Shown here: positions 28,825 through 38,800 of the stretch, in pieces | How the letters are laid out: each line of letters starts with the position of its first letter | Numbering within the stretch: position 1 is the stretch's first letter | Assembly (NCBI GenBank): GCA_007375675.1 | Contig: VMEU01000001.1 | Coordinates: 40,458 to 104,457 of the forward strand | From: Parcubacteria group bacterium Greene0416_39 | GTDB lineage: Bacteria > Patescibacteriota > Minisyncoccia > Minisyncoccales > UBA10102 | Length of the DNA: 64,000 nucleotides | Direction of reading: 5' to 3' | Made by a program: the position numbers and the translations under genes | The notes under the pieces: generated by a model | The model's database searches: none | The model's input: only the letters and a program-made list of their open reading frames with translations | What the model was told of the DNA's origin: nothing

Positions 28825-28900
28825 TGGTGGGCGTGGATGGACTCGGACCATCGACCTCGGCCTTATAAGGACCTTGCTCTGACCACTGAGCTACACGCCC
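28825..28900 (-). tRNA. tRNA-Ile(TAT)
   Basis: GGGCGTG...CACGCCCACCA, loop CT-TAT-AA. Confidence 0.88.
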
Positions 28901-31900
28901 CCATTATACTTTTCTTGCCAATCAACCTTTCAAACTCTTCTCGCTCCAATGTTTCCTTTTCTATCAGGGCTTTGGCTATCTTGACAAGCGTTGGCCTTTT
29001 TTGTTTCAAAACGTTCTCCGCCTTTTTTCTCGCGACTTCTACAAGGCCAGATACCTCTTTATCTATTTCTTCGGCAAGTTTTTGGGAATAGTTCACATAT
29101 TCTCCAATGTGCGCGAACGGGTGCTCCTCCCTTTCTCCAAAAGTTACGGGTCCCAGCGATTCAGACATGCCGTATTCTTTCACGAGGCGCCGTGCAAGAT
29201 CTGAAGCCTGCTGAAGATCATTGCTCGCTCCCGTGGTCACATCTTTGAATACCAACTTCTCTGCGCAGTATCCTCCAAGAAACGTTGCGAGTTCATCCAA
29301 AAATTCTGCTCTGCTCTTTAAATGTTTTTCTTCTGAAGGGAGTTTCAAAGTGTATCCTCCAGCTCTTCCTCGGGATATGATGGAAACTTTGCGCACCGGG
29401 TCTGCGTGGGGGAGCGAAGAAGCAACCAAAGCATGGCCTGCTTCATGGTACGCGGTGATCTCTTTTTCTTTTTTGGAAAGAATGTGGCTTTTCCTTTCAG
29501 GGCCCAAGAGCACCTTGTCTATGGATTCCAGAAGTTCTTCTTGGGAGACTATGGTTTTGTTGCGCCTCGCAGTAAGAATTGCTGACTCGTTCATAAGGTT
29601 GGCAAGGTCTGCCCCTGAAAATCCTGGGGTTCTCTCTGCAATTTCCCGTAAAGAGGTTTTGGGAGCCAATGGTTTGCCCAAGGAATGAATCTTGAGGATT
29701 TCTTCCCTGTCATTCACGTCAGGAAGGTCAAGAACGATTCTTCGGTCAAAGCGTCCTGGCCTCAAAAGAGCAGAATCCAACACGTCAGGGCGATTGGTAT
29801 TGTGAAGTAGGATAGGGCTTTCTCCTCCAAAGAAAGCTTCATTCTCGCAGCCACAGAAATCGTAGACGTAACCGTCATAAGGCAACTTCCTGATCGACTT
29901 CACAATCGCTCGTTTCGTGCTTGCTTTTCCGATTTTTGGATCGAGGGGATTTTGTGTTTTCCCAAATCCAAGCCGATATGCCTTGGTTTCTTGGAGTGGC
30001 TTCCCATCCCTAATTTTTCTTCCCGCTTTCACCGTAAATTCACGAATATAGCTTTTGAATCCGTGCATTCGAGAAAGCCAGTTTAATCCAAGGATTAGAC
30101 GCTTGCTTACCGAAGTAAGCTCGAGGCGTCCTCGTGTATCGGTGTAACCGTCTCCTGCTGCATATCCTTTGAGAAATTCAGTGTAGTATTCCTTTGGAGC
30201 TTCAAAAAGGAACTGGGGCACCTGTTTATTTTTTGCGCCTTTCCCACAGTGAAACGCAAGGAAGCTTGCGACAGGCTTGCAGTGGTACACAATATTTATG
30301 GCGTTTTTGGTAATATGACGTTCCCGATCTGGTTCAAGGTGAAAGATGGTTTTCATCAGATATCTCACGTCTTCTATGTATTCCTTTTCCTTCTCATTGA
30401 AACAAAAATCGAGTTCTTTCCTGGCATAACCCTCGGCGGTATAGTATCCAAAAAGCCTCATCAATTCTGGGCTTACTTCCACTGTTTCTGGAAGTTGATC
30501 TTTATATTGGTAGTAATTCCTACTTAGCGCTCGCGGCACACAAATACCCTGTTGCCATTTTCCAATAGTTCTTTGAGAGAACCCCAGCATATTGCCAAGC
30601 TCTGTTTGCGACGTTTCTCCCTCATGAGTACGAGCAAATTGATACGCATACTCTACTGACTGAAAAGGCATAAAGAGTGGTTCCCATAGCTGGAGTTGGA
30701 GCTCGAGTTTCTGGCTAAACTTATGGCCCCGTATTTCTCTCCTGTTTTTATTGGTGCGATTTACTTTATATGGAAGATCTACAAGAATGTCCCCTGGTTT
30801 AATTTCACATACAGGTTTTGGAACCAGCCCTTGAGCATTCGTTCGTATAAATACAGAGTGATTCCCAGTAGTTCTGATAGTTCCTCCCATATATTCTACT
30901 TCGTAAATCTCCTGTACTTTGTGACGGAATACGCTCCGCACTTTCTTAAATGCGCTGTTCTGGAGATACGTCTTTTTTTGCGCAGAAAATCCTTTTCCAA
31001 TTTTCTTTTCAAACCCAAGCACCTCTAATCTTTGCGACGGTTTTTCTACTCCTTCTTCGCCCTCTTGATAGTAGGGGTCTATGACTTGATCGATAGGAAG
31101 AAGCTTATCCTCCCCATTTTCTCGAATTAGTACAGGAGTATCACCGGTAACGCTTGCACCCATCACTATGCGTTGATCGTCTCGCTCAAAGCCGTCCATT
31201 TCCACTAAGATTTGGTTTAAGGTTTGTTCTCGTTCCTCGTGTCCGCCCGTGAATCCAGAGCCCCTCGTGCGGCCAATGGCGTCTAATTCGTCAATAAAGA
31301 TAATGCTTCTCCCAGCCCTTTTTGCAGTAGAAAAGAGATCCCGAACTCTCGAGCTTCCCACACCCACGAACATTTCCACGAATTCAGAACCTGAAGCAGA
31401 AAAGAATGCGACTCCAGCTTCGTTGGCCACAGCTCTTGCCAACAGGGTTTTCCCTGTGCCGGGCGCCCCTACCAAAAGCACTCCTCTTGGGATGCGAGCT
31501 CCCATGTCTAGATACTTTTTTGGGTTCTTCAAAAAATCCACTACTTCCTGGAGCTCTTCTTTTGCTTCTTTGAGACCTGCAACGTCTTTGAACGTGACTT
31601 TTTCTTTTGTCTGGCCGTCTGCTCCAAATAACCTGGCGCGAGACTTTGTGAACTCAAACGCCTGCCCGAGTCCAGCTCTTGCCTGGCGGAACATCATCAA
31701 AAAGAAGAACACGAAAAAGAGCATGGGAAGAATCACAAACAGAAAAGGCGAAATCCAGGCCCCAATGCCGCCTTCCTTTCTCTGCTCAATTGTTACATTG
31801 TTTAATTGTTCTTTATCAACTCCTAAGTTGAGAAGCGTTTGGGAAAGAGAGGAATCAGACTCTTTGAGAGCAGCAACTTCAGAGCCGTCTTCCAAAGTTA

Positions 31901-32081
31901 CCTTGAGCGCAGTCCCCTCAAGAACAATGCTTTTGGTATTCCCCTTGTTGATGTCTTGCACAAGCTCGCTCAAGGAGATCTGCTTTTGAGCTTCAAACGG
32001 CCGTGCAAAAAGCGAAAACAGCGCCGAGAGCACCAGGAGCGCCACAAACGCAACAAGAAGGTTTTTAGAAAAGTTTTTCAT
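28863..32081 (-). CDS. ftsH: ATP-dependent zinc metalloprotease FtsH with intein
   Basis: [38 protein letters not shown]. Confidence 0.95.
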   Translation of the reverse strand: MKNFSKNLLVAFVALLVLSALFSLFARPFEAQKQISLSELVQDINKGNTKSIVLEGTALKVTLEDGSEVAALKESDSSLSQTLLNLGVDKEQLNNVTIEQRKEGGIGAWISPFLFVILPMLFFVFFFLMMFRQARAGLGQAFEFTKSRARLFGADGQTKEKVTFKDVAGLKEAKEELQEVVDFLKNPKKYLDMGARIPRGVLLVGAPGTGKTLLARAVANEAGVAFFSASGSEFVEMFVGVGSSRVRDLFSTAKRAGRSIIFIDELDAIGRTRGSGFTGGHEEREQTLNQILVEMDGFERDDQRIVMGASVTGDTPVLIRENGEDKLLPIDQVIDPYYQEGEEGVEKPSQRLEVLGFEKKIGKGFSAQKKTYLQNSAFKKVRSVFRHKVQEIYEVEYMGGTIRTTGNHSVFIRTNAQGLVPKPVCEIKPGDILVDLPYKVNRTNKNRREIRGHKFSQKLELQLQLWEPLFMPFQSVEYAYQFARTHEGETSQTELGNMLGFSQRTIGKWQQGICVPRALSRNYYQYKDQLPETVEVSPELMRLFGYYTAEGYARKELDFCFNEKEKEYIEDVRYLMKTIFHLEPDRERHITKNAINIVYHCKPVASFLAFHCGKGAKNKQVPQFLFEAPKEYYTEFLKGYAAGDGYTDTRGRLELTSVSKRLILGLNWLSRMHGFKSYIREFTVKAGRKIRDGKPLQETKAYRLGFGKTQNPLDPKIGKASTKRAIVKSIRKLPYDGYVYDFCGCENEAFFGGESPILLHNTNRPDVLDSALLRPGRFDRRIVLDLPDVNDREEILKIHSLGKPLAPKTSLREIAERTPGFSGADLANLMNESAILTARRNKTIVSQEELLESIDKVLLGPERKSHILSKKEKEITAYHEAGHALVASSLPHADPVRKVSIISRGRAGGYTLKLPSEEKHLKSRAEFLDELATFLGGYCAEKLVFKDVTTGASNDLQQASDLARRLVKEYGMSESLGPVTFGEREEHPFAHIGEYVNYSQKLAEEIDKEVSGLVEVARKKAENVLKQKRPTLVKIAKALIEKETLEREEFERLIGKKSIMGACSSVVRARSL
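29799..31154 (-). mobile_element. Intein (452 aa) with LAGLIDADG endonuclease in FtsH
   Basis: MGA|SVTGDT...VYDF..ILLHN|TNRP; motifs FGYYTAEG and [10 protein letters not shown]. Confidence 0.93.
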
Positions 32082-32122
32082 GGCAGAAGTATTCTATATG
32101 AAATAAGGTAAAATTTCAAGAG

Positions 32123-32163
32123 AAAAAAATGAGGCCCCATTGCTGGCAACAATGGGGCCTATT
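32123..32163 (-). terminator. Intrinsic terminator
   Basis: aggccccattg..caatggggcct followed by T tract on the minus strand. Confidence 0.7.
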
Positions 32164-32179
32164 AGGGTTATTGAGATGC

Positions 32180-33223
32180 TTAGTGCATCTTTACTTGGAT
32201 AGCCCTGCACCTTAGGAGTGCAAAGTTGTACCAGCGGCACTGGTTCTTTAGCGTTGAGGTACATATCCCTTCCCTGCATCTCTCTTGCCGAGAGGGTTCA
32301 AACCCGCCTTCCAGGCACATCTTCACGGTTTCCACGATCGTGTCCAGGGGTATCTTGGTGGCTGGGATATCAGGGCGAGAGCGTCCTCCATTAAGGATAT
32401 TGTTGGTCTCCTTGTGGAAGAACCATGTGGGATAATCTTTGAGCGCCCCCTCCTGCTCAATTTGCTTCCAGGGTATGTCGAGTTTGTTTCCCCGAGCCCA
32501 CTCTTCGCGAGATCTAAGGACGCGGACCACGTCTCGCATGTCAAGGCGTAGATGACTGGTAGGGAGGATCTGAATGTGACCGCTCGGATTCTTTACCACT
32601 ACCACTGCAGCGCCGAGGAAGCGCGCAAATGCGGGAGCTTTGGGGTCGTCCCCCTCTATCACCGTAATCCACTGCTGTTTGCCATTGAGTTGAAGCTCCA
32701 CCTGTCTCATGGGAAGGAGAGATGTGGCCGCGAACTGGTCCGCCTTTTTCAAATGTGCGTTTAGGGTCATCTCCGTATACTGGAGAACAGCATGCAGTCC
32801 CCAGCCTTGGAGCTGAAATTCCATGACTGTTACCGAGAGATCTAGCGCAAGGTTCGGTGGATTTTTGTCCGTGTGGAGGACTGCTCTTAAGATCTTCCTC
32901 CACCGGAACTCCTGGTCAAGCCCCAGGAACTTGGCAGCCAGGGTTGCGGCGCACTCGTTTTTCTGCGTCTGGTCGCCAGTGACAACATGTTCATCAACGA
33001 TCCTGTGCTTGTTGCCTTCGTCCCTAAATGCGGCACCAAGCCCAAGAAGAACGGTGTCCTCTCTTTGCGCGAGCTCCTCGACGTTGTCTTGTGCAGTGAG
33101 GCAGCGAAACTGCGCTGTGTTTACCCCAGGCAGCTTTTCTTCTCCATGTTGTTGAAGGAGAAGTACTGCCACCAACTCGTCCAGATGCGCTGGGCTTCCA
33201 TGAGTGACGATTTCTGTAATCAT
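32180..33223 (-). CDS. Hypothetical protein, MYG1-like metallo-nuclease motifs
   Basis: VTHGSPAHLDELVA, DEH, WFFH..ILNG; GGGGAGG RBS; GC-richer than flanks. Confidence 0.55.
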   Translation of the reverse strand: MITEIVTHGSPAHLDELVAVLLLQQHGEEKLPGVNTAQFRCLTAQDNVEELAQREDTVLLGLGAAFRDEGNKHRIVDEHVVTGDQTQKNECAATLAAKFLGLDQEFRWRKILRAVLHTDKNPPNLALDLSVTVMEFQLQGWGLHAVLQYTEMTLNAHLKKADQFAATSLLPMRQVELQLNGKQQWITVIEGDDPKAPAFARFLGAAVVVVKNPSGHIQILPTSHLRLDMRDVVRVLRSREEWARGNKLDIPWKQIEQEGALKDYPTWFFHKETNNILNGGRSRPDIPATKIPLDTIVETVKMCLEGGFEPSRQERCREGICTSTLKNQCRWYNFALLRCRAIQVKMH

Positions 33224-33356
33224 CAACCTCCCCCTTGTTGTAAACTCGAGGAGTAAGTCTTGTCCTCGGCTAGCCTTGCTTATATCATGTTCTGTAAGCT
33301 TTGTCAATGTTTTTTATCGTTCAATACCTTGGAATCACTCCATGATATACTGAAAT

Positions 33357-34136
33357 ATGAAAATACTTGTTCTGTTACCATGTTTGTTTTTTCCTTTCTT
33401 GGCGTTTGCCCAGCCTATTCTCATCAATGAGATTGCTTGGATGGGGAGTTCAGTTGAGGGCGTTGATGCAAACCAGTGGTGGCGCTACGAATGGGTGGAG
33501 TTGTACAACAATGCAGATACTGTTGGAATGGTAGACGGTTGGATGTTGGAATTGTATCGCGACAAATTGGACTTTCGTATTCCCCTCAAAGGAGCAATTG
33601 AACCAAAAGGATATTTTTTGATTGGAGCTTCAGAGAAAATTAAGAATCTCAACCTCAACTACGCGAATCTTGCGGGAAAATTCGTGAACTCCGGACAAAA
33701 AATCGTTTTGAAAAACAGCGCAGGCGAAATTGTAGACGAGGTTGACCCCGTTAGAAGCGAGGCTTCTAACGGGGTTGATGCAACAAAAGGCTGGCCCGCA
33801 GGGGATAATGAAACTAAACGCACCATGGAGCGTGTAGCTGGGACTGTCCCAGCTACGTGGCAGACGAGCAGGGACTCGGGAGGAACGCCAAAGGCTCAAA
33901 ACAGCAGCGGAGCGGCGGCGAAGCTCATGGCGCAGAAGCTTAGCTTCCCTGGGAAGCTAAGCTTCAACAGCAAAGCCGTGGCTTTGAAGCCGAGCGAAAC
34001 AAAAAAAGACATTTCCATGTCTTCTGACGAAGAATCTCAAGACCTTTTCAATTCTACTGGTCTTGTTGCGTTGGTTCTTGCTCTAGGGTCGTCTGCTGCT
34101 GCGGTTCTGCTGCGGCGGCGCTTGTCGCGAGTCTAA
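33357..34136 (+). CDS. Lamin tail domain protein, membrane anchored
   Basis: Signal peptide, ILINEIAWMG, EWVELYN, GTPKAQNS, C-terminal TM. Confidence 0.85.
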   Translation: MKILVLLPCLFFPFLAFAQPILINEIAWMGSSVEGVDANQWWRYEWVELYNNADTVGMVDGWMLELYRDKLDFRIPLKGAIEPKGYFLIGASEKIKNLNLNYANLAGKFVNSGQKIVLKNSAGEIVDEVDPVRSEASNGVDATKGWPAGDNETKRTMERVAGTVPATWQTSRDSGGTPKAQNSSGAAAKLMAQKLSFPGKLSFNSKAVALKPSETKKDISMSSDEESQDLFNSTGLVALVLALGSSAAAVLLRRRLSRV

Positions 34137-35160
34137 GGGACATTCGGTGCTCCTGGGGGCTAACCTCCAAAATCTGGAAGGCATAAGTTTCCCCAACGTT
34201 CACGGTTTCTTCCATTTTTGTTTTAGTTCCAAACTCTGAAATGTGGCACAAGGCCTGGATTTTAGGCTCAATCTCCACAAACGCTCCAAAAGGATTCAGT
34301 TTTGTTACTCTCCCCTGAACCATGCCTAGCTTTGCATACTTTTTCTCAACCTCTTTCCAAGGATCTTCCTTGAGCGCCTTAAGCGAGAGAGAAACTCTTC
34401 CATTTGCAATATCAATGATCTTTGCTTGTATTTTATCTCCTATCTTAAGAAACTTTGAAAGGTCTTCAATAATTTGCCAGTCAACCTCTGAAATATGTAT
34501 TAACCCTTCAATAGGTTCGGGGGCGCCAAATTGCATGAACGCCCCAAAGTCAACAACTCCGGTGATTTCTCCCTCTACCACGTCTCCCAGTTTGTAAGAA
34601 GAGAGAAGCTCTTTCAATTTATTTTTCTCTTTTGATTTCTCTGAGAGAATGATTTTTTGGTCTCTTGGGTCAAGGTCAAGGATTTCAACCTCAAGCTCTT
34701 GGCCCATGAATTTCTGCAGCTCTCTCAAAATCTTTGTAGGGTCTCCTCCCTCTACCTTTGGATAATGCTCTTGCGATAACTGGGAAACCGGCAAGAACGC
34801 CTGAATGCCGTTGAGTTCAGCCAAGAGGCCGCCCTTGTTTGCTCCCACAACCTTCACTTTCATGATTTCTTCCGATTCTTTCTTCTCCTGGAGTTCTTTC
34901 CAAGAAAGTTCTCTTCCTGCTTGTCCGAGAGAAAGCTCAATGTAGCCCTCTTCGTTTTCAAGCTCCACGATTTTTGAGGCAAGAGCGTCTCCAACAACAA
35001 CTCCTTTTAATTTGGTTTTTTCCACCAGGAATTCTCTTCCATAGATAATGCCCGTGCCTCTTGGCCCCAAGTCTAAATAAATGGCAGAACGGCCAGTTCC
35101 AATGACTTTTCCCTCAACAATTTCTCCCAAACGAAAAGGCTTTAAGTATTCCAATTCCAT
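34054..35160 (-). CDS. rpsA: 30S ribosomal protein S1 (4 S1 domains)
   Basis: ANKGGL, AFLPVSQL, DFGAF, GLIHISE, RVSLSLK. Confidence 0.92.
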   Translation of the reverse strand: MELEYLKPFRLGEIVEGKVIGTGRSAIYLDLGPRGTGIIYGREFLVEKTKLKGVVVGDALASKIVELENEEGYIELSLGQAGRELSWKELQEKKESEEIMKVKVVGANKGGLLAELNGIQAFLPVSQLSQEHYPKVEGGDPTKILRELQKFMGQELEVEILDLDPRDQKIILSEKSKEKNKLKELLSSYKLGDVVEGEITGVVDFGAFMQFGAPEPIEGLIHISEVDWQIIEDLSKFLKIGDKIQAKIIDIANGRVSLSLKALKEDPWKEVEKKYAKLGMVQGRVTKLNPFGAFVEIEPKIQALCHISEFGTKTKMEETVNVGETYAFQILEVSPQEHRMSLRLATSAAAAEPQQQTTLEQEPTQQDQ

Positions 35161-35242
35161 ACCGTTTTACTTATACTCTCCCTTGCGCACGCTGTCAATA
35201 ATTGATATACTGAAGTATTAATTCAAATTTCTACTACAGGGT

Positions 35243-35896
35243 ATGCAGATATTTTGGAAAGGCCAGGCGTGCTTTCAGATTCTCACATCCCGCGGCAAAG
35301 ACAGCCAGCTTTCAATTGTTGTTGATCCTTACGAGGAATCCATTGGGTTAAAACTTCCAAGCCTTCAGGCCGACATTCTTTTGGTTACGCACAATCATTT
35401 CGACCACAACAATGCAAAAGACGTGAAAGGATCCCCCTTTGTCATTTCAAATCCAGGAGAGTATGACGTGAAAGGCGTGTTCGTGCAAGGGATCTTTTCA
35501 TTTCATGACGATACCCAAGGCAAAGAAAGAGGCAGTAACACCATATACCGTATAGAAGTTGAGGGCATGAGGATTTGTCATTTGGGCGATTTGGGCCAAA
35601 AAGAGCTTACCCAAGAACAGCTCAACCAAATAGGTGATGTGGACATTTTGTTTGTTCCAGTAGGGGGCGTGTATACCATAGACGGCAAAGAAGCTGCGCG
35701 CATTGTAAGCCAGCTTGAGCCAAAGATTGTTATCCCCATGCACTATGCATTGCCAAAGCTCAAGGTGAAGCTTGAAGGCGTGGAAGAGTTTCTCAAACCC
35801 ATGGGAGCAAAAAATGCAGTGGCTGAACCCAAACTCCTAGTGAAAGAACGTGATCTTGTGAATGAAGAAAGGAGAGTGGTGGTCTTGACGCCATGA
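35243..35896 (+). CDS. MBL-fold metallo-hydrolase
   Basis: THNHFDH, HLGDLG, IPMHY. Confidence 0.88.
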   Translation: MQIFWKGQACFQILTSRGKDSQLSIVVDPYEESIGLKLPSLQADILLVTHNHFDHNNAKDVKGSPFVISNPGEYDVKGVFVQGIFSFHDDTQGKERGSNTIYRIEVEGMRICHLGDLGQKELTQEQLNQIGDVDILFVPVGGVYTIDGKEAARIVSQLEPKIVIPMHYALPKLKVKLEGVEEFLKPMGAKNAVAEPKLLVKERDLVNEERRVVVLTP

Positions 35897-38800
35897 TCAA
35901 AGAAAACAAACCGAGCGCCATAGGCAAGGTTGAGCCAAGAGAAATTGTGCAGGAGATGAAAACTGCGTATTTAGATTACGCAATGTCTGTTATTGTTGCA
36001 AGAGCTTTGCCTGACGTAAGAGATGGATTAAAACCAGTTCACCGGAGAATTCTGTACGCAATGTACGAAATGGGGTTGACCCACGGAGCGAAATTAAGAA
36101 AATCAGCTGGCGTGGTAGGAGAAGTGCTTGGAAAGTACCATCCTCACGGAGACATTTCCGTGTACGACGCTTTGGTTCGCATGGCCCAAGATTTTTCCAT
36201 GCGCTACCCCTTAATAGACGGCCAAGGAAATTTTGGTTGTTTCACAAAAGATACCGAAATCCAACTGACCGATGGGAGAGCCCTCTCTTTTGGACAACTA
36301 ATTGAGGAACAGAAAAAAGGGGAAAGGCATTGGACCTTCTCATTTAATCAAAAAGAAGAAAAAATTGAGATAGCGGAAATTAAGCGTCCCCGCCTGACGA
36401 GAGAAAACGCAGAATTAGTGGAGGTGGTGCTTGATAACGGAGCACAAATTCGATGTACCCCAGATCATCGATTTATGCTTCAAAACGGAACATACCAGGA
36501 AGCCCGTTATCTTTCTCAGGGGGATTTTTTGATGTCGATGCTGGAATATACAAAAAACAAAACATCCGCTTTTGAGGCGGAAGTTTTGGGAGTCGCAGAT
36601 AGTACCGGTGCTTCGGAGTTGTCGTCTATTCCTATACTAGCAAACCAAGCAGTTCTGTCAAGTGTGTCCACGGAGCCGTGGACGGCACGGGAATTGCACC
36701 CGTCGACTTCTGGACGACAACTCCGAAGCCGGGACTACCCGCCGCCCACGGCCCCTCTATTATACCTACGAAAAGTAGAATGTATCAAGGTGAACAATGT
36801 AAGATTCCTTGAAGAAAAGACAGATGTGTACGACATCACAGTAGATCCTTGGCATAACTTTGCACTTGCAGCAGGTATTTTTGTTCACAACTCAATTGAC
36901 GATGACCCTGCGGCGGCAATGCGTTATACGGAAAGCCGCATGTCTCGGGCAGGGGAAGAACTGCTCGAAGACATTGAGAAAAATACCGTTGACTTCATTG
37001 ATACATACGACGGAATGAGGCAAGAACCCAAGGTTCTTCCTTCTCCTTTGCCCCAACTTTTGTTGAACGGCACCTTGGGAATCGCGGTGGGAATGGCAAC
37101 CAACATTCCTCCGCATAACTTAGCAGAGGTTGCAGACGCAGTAGCCTTCCTTATTGAAAATCCCAAGGCAGACACCGAAGATTTATTTCAATTTATCAAG
37201 GGGCCGGATTTCCCGACTGGCGGAACCATTTTTAACAAACAAGAAATGATTGCGGGCTACTCACAGGGCAAAGGCCCTATTGTGGTGCGAGGCAAAGCAG
37301 AAGTGGTGGAGAATGACAAGAAGAATCAGATCATCATTAGCGAGATTCCTTTCCAGGTGACCAAGTCTACTCTTGTGGAACAGTTTGCAAACCTTGTGCA
37401 GGAAAAGAAAATTGAGGGAATTAGAGACATCCGCGACGAGTCAGACAAAGACGGCATGCGAATTGTGTTTGACCTTGCAAGAGAAGCCCAGCCCCAGAAA
37501 ATTTTAAACCGGCTCTACAAATTTTCAGACCTGCAAAAAACATTTCACTTAAACCTTCTTGCCTTGGTAGACGGCATTCAGCCCAAGGTTCTTTCTTTGG
37601 CTGAAATCCTTCTGCTTTTTCTTGAGCACAGAAGGAATGTGGTTTCAAGGAGAACCCAGTGGGAGTTAGACAGAGCCAAAGAGAGAGCGCATATCTTAGA
37701 AGGCCTTGTAAAATGTCTTGGCAGCATTGACGAAGTTATTAAAATTATCAGACGGTCAGATGACCGGGACGACGCCAAAAAGAACCTCATGGCGCGCTTT
37801 AAGCTTACTGAAATCCAGGCAAACGCAATCCTAGACACAAAGCTTAGCCAACTGGCAAAGCTTGAGCGAAAGAAAATAGAAGAAGAATTAGTTGCGCTGA
37901 AAGCAACAATCAAAGAACTAACCTTAATTCTTGCAAACCCCAAGGAAATTGACCGCATCATTGCAAAAGAACTTGAGGTCGCCAAGGCAGCCTATGGAGA
38001 CCAGAGGAGAACCAAAGTGGTGGTGCAGGGCCTTGGCGAAATTGCAGAAGAAGATTTAATCCCCCAGGAAGACACGGTCATCACCTTAACCCAGGGAGGG
38101 TACATTAAGCGTATTAATCCCGCCACCTACAAAATTCAAAAGAGAGGAGGAAAGGGCATTGTGGGCATGAAAACCATGGGGGAAGACATTGTAGAGCACT
38201 TCCTGTATGGCCAGACCCACGACTCTTTAATGGTGTTTACCGATTCAGGCAAGGTGTTTCAAATACCCGTGTATGAAGTCGCAGAGGGAACAAGGGTTTC
38301 TAAGGGCAGAGGTCTTCTCAACTTTATTGACCTTACTCCTCAAGACAAGGTATTGACCCTTTTTGCCATTGGCAAAGAAGACATTGTGGCTGGCAAAAAA
38401 TATCTGGCCATGATTACCAAAGACGGAATAATGAAAAAAACCCTTTTGGACGACTTCAAAAACGTGCGGCGTTCAGGACTTATTGCAGTAACCCTTAAAA
38501 AGGGAGATCGTCTGCAGGGAGCGCAAAAAACCACTGGCGAAGACGATATCATTATTGTGACAAAACACGGCAAATCCATTCGCTTCAAAGAATCGCAGGT
38601 GAGAGCAATGGGAAGGCAGGCCGCAGGAATCCACGCCATACGCCTCAAAAAAGGGGATGAGGTTATGGGGATGGACATTATCCCTGGTTTGCCGTCGCGA
38701 CTCTTTATACTTTCAGAAAATGGGTATGGGAAAAGCACTGACGTGAAAGAATACCGGATACAGAGCAGGGGAGGGTCTGGAATCAAAACCGCAAACGTTA

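Larger units (their letters stand above)
36238..36891 (+). mobile_element. Mini-intein (218 aa) in GyrA, no endonuclease
   Basis: GNFG|CFTKDT..CTPDHRF..VYDITV..HNFAL..IFVHN|SID. Confidence 0.92.

Noticed and set aside
34054-34136. 83-nt convergent overlap of rpsA and the lamin-tail gene as a regulatory system
   Set aside because: Both tails are low-complexity; explained by genome compaction
36552-36755. Calling the intein-borne RNAs a bona fide tmRNA (AUAGAC-GAC-AAC.. reads DNSEAPVLSA, tag-like)
   Set aside because: No stop codon before the terminator, no encoded CCA, no pseudoknots seen and far too short; kept only as a hypothesis
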